Assembly: GCA_026390935.1 (NCBI GenBank)
Contig: JAPLEZ010000152.1
Coordinates: 1,293 to 65,292, forward strand
DNA length: 64,000 bases
DNA from: Bacteroidota bacterium
GTDB lineage: Bacteria; Bacteroidota; Bacteroidia; Flavobacteriales_C; GCA-002722245
Direction of reading: 5' to 3'
This document shows, piece after piece, positions 9,301 to 18,749 of the stretch. A program made the translations under genes and the position numbers. How positions within the stretch are numbered: position 1 is the stretch's first letter; every line of letters begins with the position of its first letter. The notes below the pieces were generated by a model, which saw only the letters and a program-made list of their open reading frames with translations, was not told where the DNA came from and did no database searches.

Positions 9301-11513
9301 CCCTTTCCATATTGTTTTTTGCTAAGGTTTCTATAAAGCTCTGTGCTGTATTGATTTAAGGGAGTGGGAATTCCAAGGGATACAGAAGCCAAAAAGCCAA
9401 TCGATCCACGGTTTGGAGCCAGCACCCATGTTTCGCTACCACTTGATGTTGTTGGCAAGTGGATGTTACCAATTAAACAGGAATTGGCAATTATTAGCGG
9501 ATACTTTCCTTGATTGGTGTAGCTTTCAGGAGCATCAATACTTTGATCAAAACCTTCTCCGTACGCGTGGCCGAAGAAAGTCATGATAGAAGCCCCGTCA
9601 TTAATGTTGGTACGAATAGAGTCAGAAACATTGACTTGCAAAGGATCTGTGGTGTTTTTTAAGTAAGTATTTACAGTTCCGCCAAAGCAAGTGTCTTCAA
9701 TAATACTTTTGTAGTAATTAAGGTAAGTAGCAAATTGGTCGCCTTGAGCTTTATCGGTACCACCGCCAAAATGCAAAACGCGTTTCATCCAGTAGGCATG
9801 CGGATTGGCCTCATATTCCTGCACTTTGCTTAAGTACTCAGTAATTTTTGCTCCGGTGGTTACCGATATACGTCCCAAAGGAATGTCAGGATCATACAAG
9901 GAAGAATCGCTGATTTGTGCCGTTAAAAAAACGTCGGATCCAGGATAACCGAAAGTGGGTATTTTGTTTAAGTTATAGTTAGTTGGATTTCTTCGTGAAC
10001 TATTGTCCTGACTAAAACTTGCTTTTTTTGAATCAGGTACTCCAGGCTGAATTGATTTTCCCATTAGGAAAAAGTATTGTGGCTTTATTCCCCAATTTTT
10101 TAAAATGTCGGAAGCAAAGCTTCGAATTGCCATTGGATGTTTTCTGATACCGTCGGAATATTGCATATACAATTCTTCTATATCAATCACCACCGCTTTG
10201 TAGCCTGTGCTATTGCGATAGGTTTTGTAAGCCTCGGCCTCTGTTTTAAATTCCTTTACGGTTAAAATGTAATAATCGTAACCACCATTTATTTGCGACA
10301 AATTTCTGTAATTGGTGAAAATATTTGAGTTGTAAATTGCCGGCTCCAGTGCTCCAACATTAATAAAATTGGCTTCGGTAGTGAGCAAACATTTTTTGTT
10401 GCTAGAAACGGTATTGGGAACTAATGCCTTGTAAAAACCTCCGCTTTTGGTGACTGGTAATTTGTAGTGATTCGTGAGATCGAAAATCCAGGCGGTGCTG
10501 CTTTGATTGTTGAAGTTCGACATCAATAAATATGCTTTATTGGAAACTCCGTTCATTATTTCCATTTCAATTGAAGTGGAATTCCCTAGGTCGAAACTGC
10601 GCGGGTACTTCATTTTCACATACCCAACAGCACTGCGATCGGCTTTAGTATCGGTGTATGTCCCGTCACTTTCCACTTTAAGAGTGGACGTAGTCGACCA
10701 TTCCGCTGGAGCTAAGGAATATTTGAATTTTAAAGAGGCGTGACCTTCATAAATAGTGTCGCTTTTCAATGCATTGTTAAAGGAAACCAATAGTTTATGA
10801 TCACCCCAATTGGATTGGTCGTTGGTTAAGCCAACCACAGTAGCTTCCACAATGCCATTGCCCCCTGGAGCATAATAAGATGGGGTGGAAAAGGAGTAAG
10901 ATTGGCTCTGACTGTAATACATTGTTGGTCCAACCCAACCTTCGCCTGCTGAGTAAGAAGGAAGATAAGTGTCGATAGCTGTTGTACTTCCTCCACTATA
11001 TTGATTGCTTAAAGACTGAACCTGCTCGAAATTAAAATATGGAGATGCAGTATATCCTGTATAATTGTTGTCAGTATCTTCAATAATTCTTCTGTTGCTT
11101 TTCGAGCTATTGTATGTGACGAAATAGTATGAAGTATCGTTCACCATACTATAGTAAGGATTAGGATTGTTTAGAGTATCCTTGAACATTCTATTGTCAA
11201 AATAACCATCATTTTTTTGTCCGTAAACAAGAATATAATCTGCAGGATCAAAAATTTCATCGTCTTCACCGTTGATAAAAATGTATTGTTCTTGACCTCT
11301 TCCAAACACTTGAAAATTGAGAGGATTTATCGCATTCACGTTGATGCCTGCATTAAATAATGTTTGGTAGGATATTTTGTAAATGCCATTAGCAGTTACG
11401 GGAAACTTATAATATTTTTGAGAATAGTTGATCCATTGATTGGTGCCGGATTGTGCTGCAATGTTGCCTAATCCAAATAAGATAAAGACAATATATAAAA
11501 TGTGTTTTTTCAT
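6339..11513 (-). CDS. C25 (gingipain-family) cysteine peptidase, PorU-like T9SS sortase paralogue
   Basis: Signal peptide from MKKHILY (ATG 11513). C25 core with IPLGRI, TFFGH and ANSC (His/Cys dyad), a CARDB/Ig-like region, and a C-terminal T9SS/FlgD-like domain (NWPNPFT...WNGTDEFG..LANGVYLY). Confidence 0.85.
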   Translation of the reverse strand: MKKHILYIVFILFGLGNIAAQSGTNQWINYSQKYYKFPVTANGIYKISYQTLFNAGINVNAINPLNFQVFGRGQEQYIFINGEDDEIFDPADYILVYGQKNDGYFDNRMFKDTLNNPNPYYSMVNDTSYYFVTYNSSKSNRRIIEDTDNNYTGYTASPYFNFEQVQSLSNQYSGGSTTAIDTYLPSYSAGEGWVGPTMYYSQSQSYSFSTPSYYAPGGNGIVEATVVGLTNDQSNWGDHKLLVSFNNALKSDTIYEGHASLKFKYSLAPAEWSTTSTLKVESDGTYTDTKADRSAVGYVKMKYPRSFDLGNSTSIEMEIMNGVSNKAYLLMSNFNNQSSTAWIFDLTNHYKLPVTKSGGFYKALVPNTVSSNKKCLLTTEANFINVGALEPAIYNSNIFTNYRNLSQINGGYDYYILTVKEFKTEAEAYKTYRNSTGYKAVVIDIEELYMQYSDGIRKHPMAIRSFASDILKNWGIKPQYFFLMGKSIQPGVPDSKKASFSQDNSSRRNPTNYNLNKIPTFGYPGSDVFLTAQISDSSLYDPDIPLGRISVTTGAKITEYLSKVQEYEANPHAYWMKRVLHFGGGTDKAQGDQFATYLNYYKSIIEDTCFGGTVNTYLKNTTDPLQVNVSDSIRTNINDGASIMTFFGHAYGEGFDQSIDAPESYTNQGKYPLIIANSCLIGNIHLPTTSSGSETWVLAPNRGSIGFLASVSLGIPTPLNQYSTELYRNLSKKQYGKGIGKIMQGAIRNVQKPDNILLSDDAYIEDVCMMMTLHCDPAIVINSHTKPDYTLYGQNGINQPMVSVNPTEVTSELSSFTINMDIANIGKAIGDSLTVRIIRKFPNTNAPDTIYYKKIGGVKYKTSLQFSLPVDLINGVGTNHFSILVDSEYAISELDETNNQYDFDINIRSGDIIPVYPYQYAIVPKKSLVLKASTINPLAPERKYIFQIDTNSNFSSSSPLFYEAAITKSGGVVSWDPSDDPGLANVFNSLSTNTTLATPTVFFWRVSLDSTYTHKFNWKYSSFQYVQGKSGWGQAHYQQIDDDEFKFIEHDDNARSFSFLQHVSQLEASTSSWLTAQTTYKIDGALQGYWSLIGGNLLMVAVIDQYALEPWEVNKKPYYNQINYKNSYVVPTWSDKIYWYRSDRVDDSTVTGITKLINDANPGDYILMYNFRYPLFKENFNNHGANGATFKSTLQALGASVDSLNNYIGSVGSCPYPYILIAQKGNLSYTKEKFTDGCGTIGLNSSMTNNWVNGSIKSPAIGPAMKWSSLHWESQSNEINNLKDTLILKVIGIDANNNETVIKSYVSPKDDVLSLDTLVDASKYPYMRLESYLSDDSMHTPRQLKRMQVVYDEVTEIAVSPNIVFSIPSDSVQEGNDYRMTLALTNVSETDADTLQITYWFSDASLTSSTKQYKLLPPIKAGNFYVDTVVLSTLELNGSNHMWYEANPYTGPRPWQAEQYHFNNILETHFSVYPDKTNPLLDVAFDGVHIINGDIVSPTALISIQLKDENQFLALDNASLFQIYIKDPNGNITTLDSSKYTFYPGSLPENKSKIEIKGDYKIEGKYELMIRAIDRSANKSGKGDGNYDYRIEFEIVLKSSITNILNWPNPFTTSTQFVFTLTGSELPDEFRIKIMTITGKVVKEITMDELGPINIGRNITQYKWNGTDEFGDVLANGVYLYSVVAKVNGQEIDNREVSLSTNQGTTNLEDKYFKKGFGKIYIMR

Positions 11514-11520
11514 TTTCAAA

Positions 11521-12612
11521 TTAACGTCGCATGAATCCTCTGTTGATATCAATTCTGAGGGAAAATACATTGGAATAAACAGCTGCACTATTGTCGCCGA
11601 TGTCGGTTAAAGCATAGTCTAGAGAAAATCCAGCCAGTTTCAATCCCAAACCTATATTGGGTTGAAAAGTGGTTATTTTTTCACCTTTAAAATTGCTTTC
11701 TTTTTGAATATTTCCTGCACCTCCACGGATGTAAATCATGTTTTTGTAACTCAATTGTAATCCGATATGCGGATCGATACTTGCGAAATTGGAAGAAACC
11801 AAAGTATTTCTTTTACCATCGAAGGTCATATCTAAATCCAACTCTGGATAAATCCCAAAATCATCTTTCACTGTAAATTGGTGTCCTGCGGCCAGAATTA
11901 ATCGAGGTAATGCAATTTCAATACTGTTGGTTGGCATTGCATTCCCGGTGGCGGCAAATACATCTTTAAATTGGTCGAGGTTAAAACTCCAGGCACTAAA
12001 AGTGGAAGTAACATCTCTTGCCATTGCGGCAAAGCGCCAGTTACCAGTTTGGTATTGAGCGCCTCCATCTAAGCCGAATCCCCAAGCGTGTGCGAAGGCT
12101 CCCACCTGACGATAGATCACTTTAGCGCTTCCTCCAATGCTCAAACCTTCAACTCCTGTTTTGCGAGCATAAGAAAATAAAAATGCGTTGTCGGCCGAAG
12201 AGAAAGAAGTGATTTTATCATAATTGATGTTGCCATTGGCGTCAATTAAATCGGCGGTGTTAGGAATGTTATCTACGCCAAATCTCATGTAGCTGATGCT
12301 CGCTGCTGATTGGTCGTCGATTTTAAATGCAACTGCGCCGTATTCGTACTGCGCAATACTTGCAAAGTAAGAAGCGTGCATTAATCCAATTTCAATATTA
12401 TTTTCTATTCGCGTTAATCCGGCAGGATTCCAGTATCCAGATGTAACGTCTCCTACCAAAGCAGTGTTTGAATTCGACATTCCTAGGGCGCTTGCGCCTA
12501 CACCGATGTTCAAAAATTCGTTGCTGTATTTTCTAACGGTTTGAGATTTTCCTTCATTAGGAAAAACGAAAACTGCTAGTAGTAGCAATATGCAGATTCT
12601 AAATTGATTCAT
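11521..12612 (-). CDS. PorV/PorQ-family outer-membrane beta-barrel (T9SS shuttle-like)
   Basis: Likely start MNQFRIC (12612). KYSNEFLNIGVGASALGM and YWNPAGL are FadL/PorV-type N-terminal motifs. Adjacent to the C25 gene. Confidence 0.85.
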   Translation of the reverse strand: MNQFRICILLLLAVFVFPNEGKSQTVRKYSNEFLNIGVGASALGMSNSNTALVGDVTSGYWNPAGLTRIENNIEIGLMHASYFASIAQYEYGAVAFKIDDQSAASISYMRFGVDNIPNTADLIDANGNINYDKITSFSSADNAFLFSYARKTGVEGLSIGGSAKVIYRQVGAFAHAWGFGLDGGAQYQTGNWRFAAMARDVTSTFSAWSFNLDQFKDVFAATGNAMPTNSIEIALPRLILAAGHQFTVKDDFGIYPELDLDMTFDGKRNTLVSSNFASIDPHIGLQLSYKNMIYIRGGAGNIQKESNFKGEKITTFQPNIGLGLKLAGFSLDYALTDIGDNSAAVYSNVFSLRIDINRGFMRR

Positions 12613-12719
12613 GTATATTTTTAACCTGTGAAACGCGCCTAAAGTAAATATATTTTCTTTAATTTGTCCACTCAATTTTTTGAGGAAGTACCTATACATA
12701 TTAATAAAGACGCATTTTC

Positions 12720-13424
12720 TTGTTTAATCTACCTAATATAATAACGCTGTGCAATTTAATTTGTGGGTGTTTGGCCATACAATCGGTGTTTATTTCTGGC
12801 TTTGCGTTTGATGCTCAGCCTGCTTTTATACCTGCATTTTGGTTTTTGGTTGCAGCGGCGGTATTTGATTTTTTTGATGGCTTTGCAGCGCGTTTATTAA
12901 AAATACAATCTCCCATTGGAAAGCAGCTGGATTCCTTAGCTGATGTGGTTACTTTTGGTGTAGCGCCTGGAATGATTATGTATCAGTATCTTGAAAATAT
13001 TCAATCGGATTTCAGTTACATAGCTTTGCTAATTCCTCTTTTTTCAGCTTTGCGTTTGGCAAAATTTAATGTTGACGAAAGACAAAACGAAGGTTTTTTA
13101 GGTTTGCCAACTCCAGCCAATGCTTTGTTTTTTGCAGCTCTGGCAACATTTAATAATAGCGGACAGATGTTGCATCTTGAAATTTTAAACAATCAATATA
13201 TAATAGGAGCAATTGTACTGGTGTTTTGCTTCATCATGATTTCCGAAATACCTTTACTGGCTCTTAAATTCAAATCCTTTAAATGGAAGGACAATCAGCT
13301 GAAATACATTTTTTTAATTTTAGGAGTGGTGCTTGGTGCAATATTTTTAATTCAGGCAACGCCTTTTATTATACTTTTGTACATCTTAGTGAGTGTTATC
13401 AATAACAAATTGACCAGAATATAA
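12720..13424 (+). CDS. pssA: CDP-diacylglycerol--serine O-phosphatidyltransferase
   Basis: PNIITLCNL, DFFDGFAAR, GKQLDSLADVVTFGVAP, RLAKFN, FLGLPTPA. Confidence 0.9.
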   Translation: MFNLPNIITLCNLICGCLAIQSVFISGFAFDAQPAFIPAFWFLVAAAVFDFFDGFAARLLKIQSPIGKQLDSLADVVTFGVAPGMIMYQYLENIQSDFSYIALLIPLFSALRLAKFNVDERQNEGFLGLPTPANALFFAALATFNNSGQMLHLEILNNQYIIGAIVLVFCFIMISEIPLLALKFKSFKWKDNQLKYIFLILGVVLGAIFLIQATPFIILLYILVSVINNKLTRI

Positions 13425-13435
13425 AATCAACAGAT

Positions 13436-13687
13436 ATGAAATTCAAAGCAGAAATTGACATCATGCCTTTAAAAGCATTATTGGATCCACAGGGAAAAGC
13501 AGTTGGTCACAGCATGAAAAACATTGGTTTATCGGAAATAGGCAATGTGCGTATTGGAAAACACATTTCGTTAGAGCTGGAAGCTGCCGATAAAAAGGAA
13601 GCAGAAGGTAAAGTGGATACGGCCTGCAAAAAATTACTGGCCAACCAAATCATGGAAAGCTATGAATTTTCTTTAACGGAAGTTTAG
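13436..13687 (+). CDS. purS: Phosphoribosylformylglycinamidine synthase subunit PurS
   Basis: LLDPQGKAV, VRIGK and KLLANQIME motifs; 83 aa. Confidence 0.95.
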   Translation: MKFKAEIDIMPLKALLDPQGKAVGHSMKNIGLSEIGNVRIGKHISLELEAADKKEAEGKVDTACKKLLANQIMESYEFSLTEV

Positions 13688-13824
13688 TAGCGATTTCCGT
13701 TCACAGATAAAAAGCAGTCGTTCATCGAATTTAGAAAGCGTTTAATCTAAATTTCGTTTTTTGTCCTTTACAAGTGGTTAAATCCGTCGTATTATTGCGG
13801 CGTGGAATAACTAACTCTTGTATT

Positions 13825-15021
13825 ATGAAGGTAAACGCAACGCGTGCACTACTACTTGCATGCGCACTATTCACAGGAAATCTGTTGGCACAAACGTATG
13901 CCACCCTTCCTCTCACCGATAATTTTACTGCTGGTTCATTAGGTGCTTCATGGAGCACCTCATCTTCCGATGCTGCCGGAGTGCTTGCTCCATTAAATCT
14001 TTCGGGGGCATGGCCTCAATTTGGCACTACCACCGATGCAAGCAGCACTTCTACCGGAGGAAATGGATTGGCAATTTATAATACATCGACTTTAGCCACT
14101 GAGAATCAACTTTCTGCAAAACTTGCTTTGAACTTGGCTACTTTGCAAGGAGTGTCGGTTAAGTTTTCTGTAGTGGATTGGGGCACAGGCGCCAACTGGG
14201 GAGCAGGATCAACACAATGTATGGACTCACTGAAAGTATATTTGTCTACAAATGGTGGAACATCTTTCGGAGCAACCTACACTTTAGTGAATCTAAATCA
14301 ATTGCCATATTCTGATGGTATATGGAACAACGTGTCTGTTGACATATCAGCAATTGCGACGGCGAACAGTTTAACAATGACTTCAACTTCGGTGGTGAAA
14401 TTTGTTTTCAATTTAAAAGGAAGCGGTGATATTGTAAATCCGAAATCAGGAAATCAGTTCATTTATATAGACAACTTCAAAGCAAATTACACTTCCATTT
14501 TACCAGTGAAATTGCTTTATTTCAATGGTGAGAAGGAGAAAGAAGGAAATTTGCTTACTTGGTCAACAGTCACTGAAATCAATAATGATCATTTTGAGAT
14601 TTTGCGTTCTTATGACGGAACTTATTTTGAATCCATATACTCTGTTGAAGGAAAAGGCAACTATTCTGGAATTTCAAATTACTCCTTTTATGATGATTCA
14701 TATAACAAGGGAGTGGTGTATTACAGATTGAAACAAATAGATATTGATGGCTCAACAAGCTATTCAAACATCATTTCATTGGAGGACAAACAAGAAATCA
14801 GCATCAAGCGTTTCTCCGAACAGTCGTTGAGCATCAGTGGAGAAAATTTGAGTGCCGTGGAAGTGTATGATTTAAATGGAAAATTGATCGCCATTCAATC
14901 TTTGAATAAAGGTTTGGCTGCACAAATAGTTTCTTTTGATTATTCAGTACTGTCGGAAAGCATTTATTTGGTAAGGGTGGTTGGAGGCGAGACGGCCTTT
15001 ACTCAGAAAATCATGTTTTAA
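13825..15021 (+). CDS. Secreted T9SS type A sorting domain protein
   Basis: Signal peptide from ATG 13825; Ser/Thr-rich beta domain; ILPVKLLYF...WSTVTEINNDHFEILRS...YYRLKQIDIDG; C-terminal VYDLNGK...IYLVRV CTD. Confidence 0.8.
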   Translation: MKVNATRALLLACALFTGNLLAQTYATLPLTDNFTAGSLGASWSTSSSDAAGVLAPLNLSGAWPQFGTTTDASSTSTGGNGLAIYNTSTLATENQLSAKLALNLATLQGVSVKFSVVDWGTGANWGAGSTQCMDSLKVYLSTNGGTSFGATYTLVNLNQLPYSDGIWNNVSVDISAIATANSLTMTSTSVVKFVFNLKGSGDIVNPKSGNQFIYIDNFKANYTSILPVKLLYFNGEKEKEGNLLTWSTVTEINNDHFEILRSYDGTYFESIYSVEGKGNYSGISNYSFYDDSYNKGVVYYRLKQIDIDGSTSYSNIISLEDKQEISIKRFSEQSLSISGENLSAVEVYDLNGKLIAIQSLNKGLAAQIVSFDYSVLSESIYLVRVVGGETAFTQKIMF

Positions 15022-15060
15022 CCTTCGTTGAATTTGTCTAGTTGTTTTTCAAAAAATAAT

Positions 15061-15091
15061 AAAGCCTGTTTAAAAACATTAAACAGGCTTT
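15061..15091. terminator. Bidirectional intrinsic terminator
   Basis: AAAGCCTGTTTAA-aaaca-TTAAACAGGCTTT between convergent genes. Confidence 0.75.
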
Positions 15092-15114
15092 GTCTGGTGA
15101 ATTTTTAAAGGTTT

Positions 15115-15720
15115 TCAATCTGTTATTTCAGATTTCATTATAGATGATAAATCGAATTTTCCAGTGATTCCAAGTCCAAAATAGAAAGTGCCGCCATCAC
15201 CGTCTGCAAGCATACTACTTCGTATTTCTGGTTCAAGCATAAAGTTGTTTTTTAAGTAATACGACCTGCTTAGCTTTAAACTTACACCACTTCTCCATTC
15301 AGCGTAAGCAGAAGGATAAAAAAATGGCTTTGAATCTGGAATTTCAGTATAAATTTTATCACCTACTAGATAGTCGAAATTAAAACCTATCGAAAAATTA
15401 AGTTTGTTCCAGTAATGCTTGTAATAAAGGGGAAAGGAAATATAGCGGTGAATTACCACAGCATCATAAGTTTTTATCGTTGTATCAAAAATGGTTGCTG
15501 TTGCATCTTCCAAAATTCCCCTATAAAATAGGCCAGCTTCCAAACCATGATGCTCTCGAAACTTTTTTTCAAACGTTATTCCGCTTCCAAAACGGGGATT
15601 ATAATCTCCTAATAGTTCACAATTAATATTCGCTCCGATATATATATATTTTTGAGCTATAGCGTTTATGAAGCAGGTAGCTACTAGAAAAATAATAATA
15701 CACAATTCTTTGATTTTCAT
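15115..15720 (-). CDS. Small outer-membrane beta-barrel (porin-like) protein
   Basis: Signal peptide; alternating beta-strand pattern (YISFPLYYK, FYFGLGITGKF). Confidence 0.6.
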   Translation of the reverse strand: MKIKELCIIIFLVATCFINAIAQKYIYIGANINCELLGDYNPRFGSGITFEKKFREHHGLEAGLFYRGILEDATATIFDTTIKTYDAVVIHRYISFPLYYKHYWNKLNFSIGFNFDYLVGDKIYTEIPDSKPFFYPSAYAEWRSGVSLKLSRSYYLKNNFMLEPEIRSSMLADGDGGTFYFGLGITGKFDLSSIMKSEITD

Positions 15721-15770
15721 TAAATTGATTTTTGTTGTTTTAAATGAGATTCTGTGTTTTTTATTTAGCG

Positions 15771-16886
15771 TTAATTTAAATCGAACTTAAACGATCCCCA
15801 ATTATGTTCTACACTAGTATCAAAAAAATTAACATAGCTTTCAGATACAGTGATGTCCTTTGTTGTGCCACTTATAGTTGTGCTCAATGTTGCGCCATTC
15901 GCTAAAGGCAAGTTAACATTTCTAGTTGTGCTATTTCCTGAATCTTCTTCAATAAAAATAAATTTACGATTAAGATCTTGATCGGCAGTATTCCAAATAG
16001 GTAAAGTAATTAAAACATAATTCCATTTTACTTTTGTGCCGCCAAGCCATTGTTTTGGCCAATAAAATTGATTTAATTGAGCTGTTCCTCCTAAGTTATA
16101 TACGACATAGGATTTAATGTCAGGTTCGCCATCAAGCCATGCTTCCACGCTTCTAAGTGCTGAGTAAGAAGTAAAAGAAGCTCGTGTAATTTTGGTGGCT
16201 CTAGTTGCTTGTGTTTTAAATGAAGATTGGTTAGAATCAATGTTGTTTTCATTCGTTAAATGCCCTGATCGTTCATTGCTAGACACTACTAAATAGTTTT
16301 TTGTTGGATCAATATCGGAACGTACAGTAGTTTCCGAACCATCTTTATTGATTACTAAAAGATCAATAGGGACGTTGTTTTCAATTTCAAATGGTCTAAT
16401 AACGATCCCTTCAAATGATAGTGAATCATTAGAATTTCCTAAGAAGAAATAAAGTTGAATTAAGGAATCATTTTCAATTAAATTTTCCGAAAAATTTTCA
16501 CCAGTTTTATTTGAACCTTCTATAGATGCTAATTCATTTAAAACAGTTCCAAAAGTTTTTGTCCCATTGGTTTTTGACGTCTGAGCATTTGGAGCACTTA
16601 CTGTTTGTGAAAACAGTGTGCTACACAATACATTTCGGTCTCCATCAAATTTTTCATTACATGCAGAAATTGTTTGTGTTGCCATTTCTGGATTTGTTTT
16701 GAATGCTTCCACCAAAGTTTTAGCAAGATCAACCCGTTGTTGGCTGATTGGATCAGAATAATCAGCCGTTTTTCCAACTAAATTGACTGAATCTTCAGTT
16801 AGTGCTTGAGAATCTTTTTTACACGAAAAGAATAAGCTTGAAATTGCAACTATTGCAATTAAACAGAAATAATTAGGGGATTTCAT
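15771..16886 (-). CDS. Lipoprotein of unknown function (DUF3103-like C-terminal motifs)
   Basis: Lipobox LFFSC followed by KKD. EAWLDGEPDI and FIEEDSG resemble DUF3103 motifs (recalled, not searched). Confidence 0.6.
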   Translation of the reverse strand: MKSPNYFCLIAIVAISSLFFSCKKDSQALTEDSVNLVGKTADYSDPISQQRVDLAKTLVEAFKTNPEMATQTISACNEKFDGDRNVLCSTLFSQTVSAPNAQTSKTNGTKTFGTVLNELASIEGSNKTGENFSENLIENDSLIQLYFFLGNSNDSLSFEGIVIRPFEIENNVPIDLLVINKDGSETTVRSDIDPTKNYLVVSSNERSGHLTNENNIDSNQSSFKTQATRATKITRASFTSYSALRSVEAWLDGEPDIKSYVVYNLGGTAQLNQFYWPKQWLGGTKVKWNYVLITLPIWNTADQDLNRKFIFIEEDSGNSTTRNVNLPLANGATLSTTISGTTKDITVSESYVNFFDTSVEHNWGSFKFDLN

Positions 16887-16924
16887 AAATGGACGGTTAG
16901 GTTTATACATTAAATTAGGTGGAG

Positions 16925-16955
16925 CAAACCTATTTTTTTTTTTTTAATTCCGCAA
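16925..16955 (-). promoter_or_regulatory. Bacteroidota promoter TTG-N20-TAGGTTTG with a poly(A)13 spacer
   Basis: Minus strand reads TTGcggaattAAAAAAAAAAAAATAGGTTTG, upstream of the lipoprotein gene. Confidence 0.6.
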
Positions 16956-17064
16956 TAATTTCTCTTTTTTTTTGAGTGGCGTCACCTTATACTACATAAA
17001 TGCACTTTATCGGATTTTTCAGTGGATTCATCTGTTGTAGTGAAGAATTGAGCGGTGTTTTTAT

Positions 17065-17082
17065 AACCTGAGTTCGGGATAA
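17065..17082. mobile_element. Possible isolated IS982-like terminal inverted repeat remnant
   Basis: AACCTGAGTTCGGGATAA resembles IS982-family ends of Bacteroidota as I recall them. No transposase is nearby. Confidence 0.3.
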
Positions 17083-17107
17083 AAATGGGGCTATTGGCTT
17101 ATAAGGC

Positions 17108-17839
17108 TTAACTCATTTTCCTCAACACAAAATTCTGTCCGAGGTAAACTCTTCTCACTTGTTCATCAGCCGCCAATTCCTCAGCAGATCCTGTTTTCAG
17201 GATTTTTCCTTCAAACAATAAGTAAGCGCGATTGGTGATGTGCAGGGTTTCCTGCACGTTGTGATCGGTAATTAAGATGCCGATATTTTTGTCTTTCAAT
17301 CCGTTGACAATGCTTTGAATGTCTTCCACGGCAATAGGGTCAACCCCTGCGAAAGGCTCATCCAGCAATATAAATTTAGGCTCTACGGTTAAGCAGCGCG
17401 CAATTTCAGTTCTTCTTTTTTCACCACCCGACAAAACCTCGCCTTTGGTTTTTCGTACTTTTTGCAAACCGAATTCATCCAGCAAAGTTTCCAGTTTGAA
17501 CTCCTGTTCTTTTTTGGTGAGTTTAGTCATTTCTAAAATCGACTTGATGTTGTCTTCCACCGTCATTTTTCTGAAAACAGAAACCTCTTGTGGTAAATAA
17601 CCAATGCCCATTTGCGCCCTTTTGTACATGGGCATTTTGGTGATGTTCAAATCATCTAAAAAAACATTTCCTTCATCCGGACGAATAAAGCCCACTATCA
17701 TGTAAAATGAAGTGGTTTTTCCAGCGCCGTTCGGTCCCAGCAAACCCACAATTTCACCTTGTTTTACTTCCACCGAAACATCATTTACAACGGTGCGGCC
17801 CTTGTAAGTCTTTACTAAATTTCGTGTGGATAATATCAT
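17108..17839 (-). CDS. lptB: LPS export ABC transporter ATP-binding protein
   Basis: [49 protein letters not shown]. Confidence 0.95.
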   Translation of the reverse strand: MILSTRNLVKTYKGRTVVNDVSVEVKQGEIVGLLGPNGAGKTTSFYMIVGFIRPDEGNVFLDDLNITKMPMYKRAQMGIGYLPQEVSVFRKMTVEDNIKSILEMTKLTKKEQEFKLETLLDEFGLQKVRKTKGEVLSGGEKRRTEIARCLTVEPKFILLDEPFAGVDPIAVEDIQSIVNGLKDKNIGILITDHNVQETLHITNRAYLLFEGKILKTGSAEELAADEQVRRVYLGQNFVLRKMS

Positions 17840-17842
17840 GGC

Positions 17843-18697
17843 TTATGCTTCTTTTTCTTTTTTGCGCTGAATCATTGCGGAAAGCAAGATACTGATTTCA
17901 TATAAAATGATGAGCGGAATACTTACTACTATCTGACTGAATACATCTGGCGGAGTGATAATCGCTGCAATGATCAATATTACAACAATGGCGTGTTTTC
18001 TGAATTTTCTTAAAAATGCAGGTGATACAATTCCAAAACTTGACAATAGATAAATGATGATAGGCAACTCAAAAGCCAAACCTGTGGCTAAAGTGGTAGT
18101 AGCCAAAACACCCATGTACGAATTGAGCGTTGGTAATTTTTTTACCATTTCGTGGGCCGAGAAAGTTCCAAGGAAACTAATGGATAGCGGACTGATTACA
18201 TAATATCCGAATAATACACCCGAGAGAAAAAGCACTGAAGTCCAAAATACAAATCCACGCGCTTTGCCTGCTTCTTTTTTGTGCAATGCCGGTCGGATGA
18301 AAGTCCAAATTTGCCAAAATAAAAACGGAGCGGCAACGATGCAACCAACTATAAACGACACCATCATTACTGCCGAGAAATCGCCGCCCATCGTAGTGGT
18401 GGTGATTTCCAAAGGCAATTTGTCAAAGCAGCCGGCATCGGCATCAGCCAAGCCAGGAGCGTAAACAGCGAGTTTTTTTGAAACTTCGCACATGATTTCA
18501 TAAGTAGGAAAAGAGGATTTTAGCGGCGCTAAAATAATGAAGTCGAAAATTTCATAATAGTAAATGAAAGCAGCAACTGTAAAAATCCCAATGACCAATG
18601 CCGAACGCAGCAAAACCTTTCGCAAGGCCTCAAGATGGCCGAGAAAGGAAAGGTTGTTGTGCTTGTGGTCGCTGTTGGGTCCGCGTTCGTCTTCCAT
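17843..18697 (-). CDS. tatC: Twin-arginine translocase subunit TatC
   Basis: SFLGHLEALR, FIRPAL, FELP, AAIITPPD. Confidence 0.95.
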   Translation of the reverse strand: MEDERGPNSDHKHNNLSFLGHLEALRKVLLRSALVIGIFTVAAFIYYYEIFDFIILAPLKSSFPTYEIMCEVSKKLAVYAPGLADADAGCFDKLPLEITTTTMGGDFSAVMMVSFIVGCIVAAPFLFWQIWTFIRPALHKKEAGKARGFVFWTSVLFLSGVLFGYYVISPLSISFLGTFSAHEMVKKLPTLNSYMGVLATTTLATGLAFELPIIIYLLSSFGIVSPAFLRKFRKHAIVVILIIAAIITPPDVFSQIVVSIPLIILYEISILLSAMIQRKKEKEA

Positions 18698-18702
18698 TAA
18701 AA

Positions 18703-18737
18703 AAGTTCAAAGTTTAAAGTTCAGAGTTTAAAGTTAG
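18703..18737. repeat. Heptamer tandem array (AAGTTYA)x5
   Basis: AAGTTCA AAGTTTA AAGTTCA GAGTTTA AAGTTAG in the glyQS-tatC gap. Confidence 0.8.
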
Positions 18738-18749
18738 CAGAGTTTAACT

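Noticed and set aside
11514..11588. Overlap of the C25 ORF with the porV-like gene
   Set aside because: The signal peptide starts at ATG 11513; the extension is an ORF-calling artefact.
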